64,000 nt of DNA from contig CAZIVL010000001.1 in NCBI GenBank assembly GCA_964543035.1, positions 303,736 through 367,735 on the forward strand, given 5' to 3'. Origin of the DNA: an uncultured Gammaproteobacteria bacterium. Its GTDB lineage: Bacteria; Patescibacteriota; Microgenomatia; CAZETR01; Amesbacteraceae. Positions 57,271-64,000 of the stretch are shown here, one piece after another (within the stretch, counting starts at the first letter, position 1; each line of letters begins with the position of its first letter). A program made the position numbers and the translations under genes. The notes under the pieces were generated by a model. The model worked only from the letters and a program-made list of their open reading frames with translations, was not told the origin of the DNA and did no database searches.

Positions 57271-59826
57271 CTAAATCTGGTTTTGGATCTCCTCTTCGAT
57301 GTTGTCTTGAATAAGTCTGAGATCTGGGGCAAAGGTGGGAAACGCTTTAATTGAGACCTGAATAGTTTTTAGAAGTGCTACAGCGATTTCTTTATATTTT
57401 GGTTTGTGCCTATTTTTCTCAAGTGACACAACGAGTGATTTAATTATTTTTATATCAGCGATCAAAAGCGCTTTCTTTGCCGGTTTTAGATCGGATTTCA
57501 AAATCTTGGAATACAGTGCATCTAATCTTCTTCTTGCTTCAGAGAGAGGATCCATTCCCAGGTCAGTTTTATTTGGGTCAAGCTTTGTCACATATTCCAC
57601 TTGCTTACCTGCGTTTGTAAATGTGCCAGGTATTTCCTGCCAGGAAGAATCAGTATCAGTCAGTTTCCCGATTATAAGTGAATAGTTTCCCGCCGCAGTC
57701 GAAGTAAGCTTTATTTTGTAGTCTCCTACAGTTGGCTCATATATAACTAACAAATTATCCTCAGGAGAATAGTTTTGTCCTCCTGGGCCCGTCACTACAA
57801 ATGTCGCGGGCGAAGCAATGCTTACAACCAATGCTGAGTCTTGTCCAGGATCTACGTCACCAAAGAACGTATCTGATATTCCCAGAGTCTCCAATACGAC
57901 GTCAATATTTTCACCGTCCAATAGGTTTGAGTGTTTTGAATCACTGTGGAAGTATAAGCTGGCATTCACTTGAGAGCTTAAAACAGTAACTGTATCGTCA
58001 CCTGGGGCAAAAATGTTTGCCGCAGGTTTCCCATCTACCCACTTACCCAAAAGTAAATCGACCGCATCGCGGGTTACATATGTGTACTCTGACAGAGTAT
58101 CGAAGCCTGATCCAAAAATCGTTTTTTCATTTTCATAACCATTCTGTGGTAGGTAAGTATTTTTGTAAGTCATACTCGCCACATTCTTATAATCACCAGC
58201 TTGGTTTTTCAAAAAATTGTAAGTGGGAAACACATCTGTTAGAGATGGGATCAATGACTGAACTGTAGCTACCGAAGTGTCAAACAAGTCTCTATTTGCA
58301 TTTACATACAGCTCCATCGCAATCCGTTCTGGTAGATTAAGTACTGAAAAATCGGCTCCTTCCCAGAGTCTATAAGTACTAGCACTTCCCAGATGTGGGC
58401 TTCCAGCAATTATTAATTTATCAAACAGATCAGGGTTAGAAATTGCTGCTCCTCTGGCAATTAGCCCTCCCATGCTATGCCCTATCACGTCATATTTGTC
58501 ACTCCCCAATTCTTCTAAAAAGTTTTCAAAAGCAGACACATTCTCATTTATATTTTTCCTCCAATCATAGTTGTATACATGTAGGTCATAACTCGAAAGA
58601 GAATCCAAAAGATTGTCGTATACTTTTACAAATGGGTTCAGAGACCAATTTTCATTTGGGACGGGCTGGTTATGCATAATCGCATCATAGTTCCAAGAAG
58701 CACCCATACCAGGTACAAACACGATCGGATCAGGACCAGTAGTCGGAGTGGGTGTCGGAAAAACAGTTGGAGTTACAGTGGGCAGGAGAGAAAATGTAGG
58801 AGTGGGTTCTGGCGTTCCAAGTATGGGTGCATACACAACATTTGAGAGATAACTACTCGGAGGACTAAAACCACCCAATATATACAAAAAGCTATCCGAG
58901 GCGTTCATAGTTCCACAGCACCAGTTGCCCATTTGAGTTACCACACCATTGCTTGTCCATGTACTTACGCTACCGTCAGGGAAAATTTCAGCCTGATACA
59001 AAGCTCCTCCCATAAATACAAAAACCTGATTTCCGATCCTTACAGCTGCTCCCCGGTCAAACGCTGGAACATCTGGCTGTGCAACAGGGGACGTCAGCCT
59101 GCCGTCTCCATATATTTCAAATCTGTATACCTTTTGTGTCTGGGCATATCCTCCAATACTATAGATACTTCCACTTCTCTCGATTAGACTCACCCCAGCA
59201 GTTCCGACGGGAAATTGACCAGCAATAAACCAGGGTTCAAGTGTGCCGTCCGCCAATATCTTTGCACCATAAATTTTGTCACTAACTTGGTTAGAGTTAT
59301 TTACCCCACCTCCGTAATACAAGTAATCCCCCGCAACCACAGCCCCACCCAATGCAAGTGGTACTGGTAATGGTTGAACCGGATCCCAAACATTTCCACT
59401 AGAATCCGATTTATAAACATCAGAAATTTTTGAATAAATACCATTAATACCATCCAAAAATCCACCAACAACATATCGAAAATTCTCGTTATATGCAGAT
59501 GAATGCCAAATTAATGCTTTGGAAAATGTACCAACATTGGTCCAGGAAGTTAAACTACCATCAAAAAGAATGTTTGAAGACTCAATATCGACTATCGAGC
59601 ACCCTGTACATTTAGAGCCACCAATAATATTGAGTATGCCATTTGAATAGAAACTTACCTGACTTGCTCTCTGGGTAATTGGTTCAGTTAAATCAAATGT
59701 TCCAATGCTTACTGCGGCATAAGTCTTAATAGGAGTAACTTGTGTAGCCAAGAAGAAAACTATCAAACCTAGAATAACTCCAACCCTCATCACATTAAAT
59801 TTAGACAGTTGTTCAAATGTAGTCAA
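57271..59826 (-). CDS. Secreted multidomain protein: Kelch-type beta-propeller + Pro/Thr linker + LCAT/PGAP1-like alpha/beta-hydrolase lipase domain + beta-sandwich + helical tail
   Basis: Signal peptide MRVGVILGLIVFFLATQVTPIKTYA; repeated GG-containing Kelch-like blades; linker PTPTFSLLPTVTPTVFPTPTPTTGPDP; lipase motifs YNYDWR and nucleophile elbow GHSMGG. Confidence 0.75.
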   Translation of the reverse strand: MTTFEQLSKFNVMRVGVILGLIVFFLATQVTPIKTYAAVSIGTFDLTEPITQRASQVSFYSNGILNIIGGSKCTGCSIVDIESSNILFDGSLTSWTNVGTFSKALIWHSSAYNENFRYVVGGFLDGINGIYSKISDVYKSDSSGNVWDPVQPLPVPLALGGAVVAGDYLYYGGGVNNSNQVSDKIYGAKILADGTLEPWFIAGQFPVGTAGVSLIERSGSIYSIGGYAQTQKVYRFEIYGDGRLTSPVAQPDVPAFDRGAAVRIGNQVFVFMGGALYQAEIFPDGSVSTWTSNGVVTQMGNWCCGTMNASDSFLYILGGFSPPSSYLSNVVYAPILGTPEPTPTFSLLPTVTPTVFPTPTPTTGPDPIVFVPGMGASWNYDAIMHNQPVPNENWSLNPFVKVYDNLLDSLSSYDLHVYNYDWRKNINENVSAFENFLEELGSDKYDVIGHSMGGLIARGAAISNPDLFDKLIIAGSPHLGSASTYRLWEGADFSVLNLPERIAMELYVNANRDLFDTSVATVQSLIPSLTDVFPTYNFLKNQAGDYKNVASMTYKNTYLPQNGYENEKTIFGSGFDTLSEYTYVTRDAVDLLLGKWVDGKPAANIFAPGDDTVTVLSSQVNASLYFHSDSKHSNLLDGENIDVVLETLGISDTFFGDVDPGQDSALVVSIASPATFVVTGPGGQNYSPEDNLLVIYEPTVGDYKIKLTSTAAGNYSLIIGKLTDTDSSWQEIPGTFTNAGKQVEYVTKLDPNKTDLGMDPLSEARRRLDALYSKILKSDLKPAKKALLIADIKIIKSLVVSLEKNRHKPKYKEIAVALLKTIQVSIKAFPTFAPDLRLIQDNIEEEIQNQI

Positions 59827-59849
59827 TAGCTCGGTGATAAAATCAATTT

Positions 59850-60590
59850 ATGAGAATTTCTAAACAATACGACTTGTTTCACATTAACAGTAAAAAGCCA
59901 AAAAAAACCATAGACTCTAATGACTACACATATAGAAAAATAATTTTCAACATTATGTCCTGCATTAACAAGAAAAACACCCTACTGGATTATGGATGCG
60001 GAGTAGGCAGTTTAACTTACTATTTCAGTAAATTTTTTAATGAGTCTATTGGAGTTGATGTATCGGAAAAAGCAATACAAATTGCTAATCAGTCGATCGA
60101 AAATGTTAAAAGTTTAAACAATGTTGTTAAATTTTTTACTCTTAAAAACTTTGACAATAAAACACACACAAACAGATTTGACCTGATAATATGCAGCGAA
60201 GTAATTGAGCATGTAAAAGATGATAAAGAACTAATTAAAAAAATGTTTAGATATTCACGAAAAAAAGGCATATTGTTTTTATCAACCCCTAGTTTAAATG
60301 CTCCCTTATACAGATTGGGGCTTTTAAAGAATTTTGATGTAAGGGTGGGACATTTAAGAAGATATTCTGTCGATAACCTAGTTAAATTAGTTGAGCATGA
60401 AGGGTTTGTTGTTAAGAAAGTAATAAAAACAGAAGGAATTTTAAGAAACTCTCTTTACACTTTAAAGCCACTTGGATTTATTGTCAGATTTATAAAAGGA
60501 CCTCTGGTAACAATGTTTTCTATTCTAGACGACTATTTAGTTGTGTTATTTGGAGAATCCGACATTCAAGTAATTGCACAAAAACCATGA
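59850..60590 (+). CDS. Class I SAM-dependent methyltransferase
   Basis: LLDYGCGVGSLT motif I, FDLIICSEVIEHV. Confidence 0.75.
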   Translation: MRISKQYDLFHINSKKPKKTIDSNDYTYRKIIFNIMSCINKKNTLLDYGCGVGSLTYYFSKFFNESIGVDVSEKAIQIANQSIENVKSLNNVVKFFTLKNFDNKTHTNRFDLIICSEVIEHVKDDKELIKKMFRYSRKKGILFLSTPSLNAPLYRLGLLKNFDVRVGHLRRYSVDNLVKLVEHEGFVVKKVIKTEGILRNSLYTLKPLGFIVRFIKGPLVTMFSILDDYLVVLFGESDIQVIAQKP

Positions 60591-61546
60591 AAATTGTTTT
60601 TATTACCCCTAGTTACAAACCAAATATTGGAGGGGTAGAGAAGCATGTGGAGGGGATTACAAAAATTCTCTCTAAAGATCATGATGTAACTATTATCACC
60701 GAGCAGACACAAGAAGATTTAAAAGACAAAAATGTCATCCAGGTTCCGACCTTGGGTGTATCACTGAGGAGTAAGAAGTGGGTAATTTGGAAATGGATTT
60801 TTGAAAATCAAAAGACGCTAGATAATGCAGATATCATCCATGTTCACGATGTCATGTACTGGTTGTATCCTTACAAACTGTTGCACCCATTTAAAAAAAT
60901 ATTTATCACCTTTCATGGCTGGGAGGGGATTTACCCCATTCCTTTAAAAAATATAGTACTTCACAAAATTAACGAGTTTTTAGCTACGGCAAACATCTGT
61001 GTGGGAGATTTTATTTGTAAGTGGTACTACACACACGCAGACCAGATTACATATGGTGCGACGAGCAGCCATAAACATCCCCAAAAATCTTCCGCTACTC
61101 CCAAATTACTTTTTTTGGGCAGACTTGCAGAAGATTCGGGATTTCGTGAGTGCATAGATCTGTATGAACTGCACAAAAAAGATCTGAAGTGGAAATTGAT
61201 TGTGGCGGGTGATGGTCCGCTCAAAAGACTGATACCAAAAGAAGCGGTCTCTCTAGGATTTATCTCACACCCCGAAAAGTATATTTCAGATGCGGACTAT
61301 GTCTATGCCTCAGGATATCTCGCCATACTAGAGTCACTGGTCCAAAAAAAGATTGTTTTAGCCAGCTACGCCAATCCAGTAAAAAAAGATTATCTGACCA
61401 TGCATCCGGCGGCCAGATTTTTGAGCCTCAACGGGCAAATTACAAGCAGTCAATCTGAAGAAGCATATAATTGGGCTAAGGCCCAAACTTGGGAAAAGCT
61501 AGTATCTCAGTATCTATATATATGGCAAGACAAAAAGTCTCAGTAA
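60587..61546 (+). CDS. Glycosyltransferase family 4-like (GT-B)
   Basis: ITPSYKPNIGGVEKHV N-terminal GT4 donor-domain signature; 319 aa. Confidence 0.6.
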   Translation: MKIVFITPSYKPNIGGVEKHVEGITKILSKDHDVTIITEQTQEDLKDKNVIQVPTLGVSLRSKKWVIWKWIFENQKTLDNADIIHVHDVMYWLYPYKLLHPFKKIFITFHGWEGIYPIPLKNIVLHKINEFLATANICVGDFICKWYYTHADQITYGATSSHKHPQKSSATPKLLFLGRLAEDSGFRECIDLYELHKKDLKWKLIVAGDGPLKRLIPKEAVSLGFISHPEKYISDADYVYASGYLAILESLVQKKIVLASYANPVKKDYLTMHPAARFLSLNGQITSSQSEEAYNWAKAQTWEKLVSQYLYIWQDKKSQ

Positions 61547-62472
61547 TCCTTACTGTTCTCAATGAGGTTGGTTTGGTGGGTCAAACTGTAGATGCATTAC
61601 TTCATCAGACAAAAAAACCTGATGAAATAATTGTAGTCGATGGAGGATCTACCGATGGGACATGGGAATTTCTTGCAAAACAAAAGAATATTCGAGTCTT
61701 CAAGTACCCCAGCAACAGATCCCTTGGCAGAAATTACGCCATATCAAAAGCCCGCTATCCCTTAATTGCTATTACCGACATCGGCTGTATCCCAGAATCT
61801 GACTGGTTAGAAGAGCTTACAAAACCATTCGTTGCCAAAGATACTCAAGTGGTCAGTGGGTTTTACAAAGGTCTATACAAAACAATTTTTGAAAAAAGTC
61901 TAATTCCTTATGTTCTTGTCATGCCAGACAAAGCAGGCGCTACCGAATTCTTTCCAGCGACCAGGTCTATGGCTATCACAAAATCACTGTTTGAAAAAGT
62001 TGGAGGCTTTGATCCGGATCTAAATTATAGTGAAGACTACAGTTTGGCTCACAGACTAAAAAGTATGGGAATAAGTTTTGTCTTTGCAAAAAAGGCTGTA
62101 GTATCTTGGGTCCCCAGATCTACTCTTAAAGAGGCGTTTTGGATGTTTCTCTTTTTTGCGATCGGTGACATCAAAGCCGGAATTATCAGACCCAAGGTGC
62201 GCATACTTTTCATTCGCTACTTTGTCTTTTTCTTTATATTCTCTTTGCTGCTGGAGCTAAATACTTTATACATAATACATTATACGTTATACGCATTTGT
62301 AATTTATTGTTTGTGGGCTGTTGCAAAAAATTATCGCTACGTGCGTGACCTACGTGCCTTCTTCTGGTTGCCGGTGCTACAATTGACAGCAGACATATCC
62401 GTCCTTTTTGGATCATTGATTGGAATGTTGTCAAAAAAATGGGTTACACAGTCGCAGCAGCCAAAGGTCTGA
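61522..62472 (+). CDS. Glycosyltransferase family 2, membrane-anchored
   Basis: VSVILTVLNEV...VVDGGSTDGT, ITDIG; C-terminal TM helices. Confidence 0.75.
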   Translation: MARQKVSVILTVLNEVGLVGQTVDALLHQTKKPDEIIVVDGGSTDGTWEFLAKQKNIRVFKYPSNRSLGRNYAISKARYPLIAITDIGCIPESDWLEELTKPFVAKDTQVVSGFYKGLYKTIFEKSLIPYVLVMPDKAGATEFFPATRSMAITKSLFEKVGGFDPDLNYSEDYSLAHRLKSMGISFVFAKKAVVSWVPRSTLKEAFWMFLFFAIGDIKAGIIRPKVRILFIRYFVFFFIFSLLLELNTLYIIHYTLYAFVIYCLWAVAKNYRYVRDLRAFFWLPVLQLTADISVLFGSLIGMLSKKWVTQSQQPKV

Positions 62473-63659
62473 CTTGGGTCGGAGCTATCCGGGGTCTTAC
62501 TCGGAGTTTGAGCTTTGTTAGGATTGCCATTCTGGCTCGCATACTTACTCCAGGTCAAATGGGCAATTTTGCAGTGGCCACCATGGTCTTGGGGTTTTTG
62601 GAGATTTTTACCGAGACGGGGATCAATGTCTTTTTGATCCAGGAGTCCAAAAAGCTCGAAGATTATGTAGACACCGCCTGGCTAGTCTCAATAGTGAGGG
62701 GTTCACTTATCGCTTTTTTGATTTTGCTCGCCTCTGAGTCTGTGGCCAGCTTTTTTGCCTCTCCCGAAGCCTTGACTCTCATTCGCTTAACGGCCCTTAT
62801 CCCTTTTGTGCGTGGGTTTATAAACCCAAGTATAGTCAGACTCCAAAAAGATTTGTTGTTTGACAAAGAATTTTTTTTACGCACCGGCGTTTTGCTTTTT
62901 GACGCATTTGTATCCATATCATTATCCGTGATACTTAGATCCCCAGTGGGCTTGATCTGGGGCATGATCATGGGAGCTGCTCTCGAGGTAATGTTATCCC
63001 AATTTCTCATCGGCCCCAGGCCAAAATGGCATCTAGATTTAAAAAAAGTGCATCAGATAATAAATCGGGGTCGCTGGATGACAGCCGCAGGCGTTTTCAA
63101 TTACTTCTTTCACAACGGTGACAACATCGTGGTCGGAAGACTCATAAATACCACCAAGCTAGGTATCTATCAAATGGCTTATTCTATTTCTATCATGCCC
63201 ATTACCGAAGTGGCCGACACTTTTGGTCGGGTCACGTTTCCAGTCTTTTCGAAGTTAGAAGGGGATCGCAAGAGATTATTTAGAGCCTTTATTAGGGTTA
63301 CTTTGGGCATCACACTTCTTGTTACCCCATTGTGCTTAGTTCTAATATTTTTCCCAGTGCCACTTATCAGATTGTTTTTGGGTGACAAATGGCTCGAGGT
63401 GGCCACATTGCTGCCGGTTCTCGCTGCATTTGGAGGAATTCGGGCCATTTCAGGATCCACATCTTCACTATTTTTGTCAGTAAAAAAACAAGAATATGTC
63501 ACTGCAGTTACATTTTTTAGCTTACTCGGATTGGCAGTTACTATCATCCCTCTAGTCTCCCGCTATGGTATACTCGGGGCCGCTTATTCAGCCTTAATTG
63601 GCTCCCTAGCGGCTGTCCCCGTGATACTCATTTGTCTCTGGAAAACATTTTCCAAATGA
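62439..63659 (+). CDS. Oligosaccharide flippase (Wzx/MOP family)
   Basis: 406 aa, about 12 TM, Polysacc_synt-like organisation. Confidence 0.7.
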   Translation: MGYTVAAAKGLTWVGAIRGLTRSLSFVRIAILARILTPGQMGNFAVATMVLGFLEIFTETGINVFLIQESKKLEDYVDTAWLVSIVRGSLIAFLILLASESVASFFASPEALTLIRLTALIPFVRGFINPSIVRLQKDLLFDKEFFLRTGVLLFDAFVSISLSVILRSPVGLIWGMIMGAALEVMLSQFLIGPRPKWHLDLKKVHQIINRGRWMTAAGVFNYFFHNGDNIVVGRLINTTKLGIYQMAYSISIMPITEVADTFGRVTFPVFSKLEGDRKRLFRAFIRVTLGITLLVTPLCLVLIFFPVPLIRLFLGDKWLEVATLLPVLAAFGGIRAISGSTSSLFLSVKKQEYVTAVTFFSLLGLAVTIIPLVSRYGILGAAYSALIGSLAAVPVILICLWKTFSK

Positions 63660-64000
63660 AACAACTCCCCGACTCAGTTCTGACGTATTTACTCTCCTTT
63701 TCCTGGGCCGTTCCTTCAGACATAATTCTCAGATCGTGTGAAGCCATAGTCTGGTCGACTCACAGATTTGTCGGACCTGTTTTGGATATTGGCTGTGGAG
63801 AGGGCAATATTGGAGAGGTAGTTTTTTGGAATCAGGGTCAGATAGACATAGGTATGGATTTGGATCCAGAGGGGATCCAAAGGGCTACCGGCAGTTCCAA
63901 GTACAAAAAATTGATAGTAGGGGATGCCAGAAAGATCCCCCTGCCTTCATCTTCGGTAAAAACAGTTGTCAGCAACAGCACTTTCGAACACATAGAGGAG
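63656..64000 (+). CDS. Class I SAM-dependent methyltransferase (5' partial, runs off window)
   Basis: ATG 63656, VLDIGCGEGNIG motif I; no stop within window. Confidence 0.55.
   Translation, partial: MKQLPDSVLTYLLSFSWAVPSDIILRSCEAIVWSTHRFVGPVLDIGCGEGNIGEVVFWNQGQIDIGMDLDPEGIQRATGSSKYKKLIVGDARKIPLPSSSVKTVVSNSTFEHIEE

Noticed and set aside
57404-59187. Several 60-95-aa + strand ORFs (57404-57685, 57801-57989, 58017-58268, 58443-58679, 58933-59187)
   Set aside because: All lie antisense inside the 851-aa Kelch/lipase gene. They are fragmented and featureless.
1-64000. CRISPR arrays, IS elements, integrases, rRNA, additional tRNAs
   Set aside because: Scanned the few intergenic gaps and repeat-like regions. 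No spaced direct-repeat arrays, no transposase/integrase-like ORFs, no rRNA-like stretches. Only one cloverleaf (tRNA-Val at 57185) was found.

Overview
The window is almost entirely coding, about 42% GC, with most genes on the + strand. By inference it comes from a small-genome, Patescibacteria/CPR-like bacterium: compact overlapping genes, a short RecO, a DUF4012-like protein, many GT-C membrane glycosyltransferases and no mur ligases in the dcw cluster. Overall layout: (1) 0.06-36 kb is a very large cell-envelope glycosylation island. It holds at least 8 GT2 genes (one DPM1-like) and at least 8 GT4 genes. It also holds two ArnT/PMT-like GT-C enzymes and several other large polytopic membrane proteins, including a paralogous pair of 1097 and 870 aa. 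Further genes are two Wzx-like flippases, a Wzy/O-antigen-ligase-like protein, a PglC/WbaP-type initiating phosphotransferase and three SAM methyltransferases. Finally there is a hexapeptide acetyltransferase, an AsnB-type amidotransferase, a Glf-like flavoenzyme, ManC and an embedded ornithine-carbamoyltransferase-like gene. (2) 36-39 kb holds recO and a T-box-regulated glyS (glyQS type). (3) 39.2-50.1 kb is a reduced dcw cluster: mraZ, rsmH, ftsL, ftsI, dgkA, mraY, ftsW, a divergent ABC-2 permease pair, murG, ftsA and ftsZ. Upstream of mraZ is a clear sigma70 promoter overlapped by three phased GTGGT MraZ-box repeats. (4) 50.1-57.3 kb holds a tandem array of tiny two-helix membrane ORFs, a T-box-regulated divergent ileS, a second SEDS protein (rodA-like), rplU-rpmA, parB, lepB (- strand) and tRNA-Val(CAC). 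(5) 57.3-64 kb holds a secreted Kelch-propeller/LCAT-like lipase fusion (- strand) next to a second small glycan sub-cluster (methyltransferase, GT4, GT2, Wzx, methyltransferase). Most notable observations: two T-box leaders with ultrashort Stem I whose 3' hairpins abut the start codons; a recurring ~32-nt start-proximal motif with covariation; G9/G8 homopolymers and heptanucleotide repeats inside glycan genes (possible phase variation); the Kelch-LCAT secreted protein; an OTC-like gene with an altered HCLP motif inside the glycan island; and IleRS with non-canonical HIGH/KMSKS motifs. No CRISPR array, rRNA, IS element or prophage was recognised.
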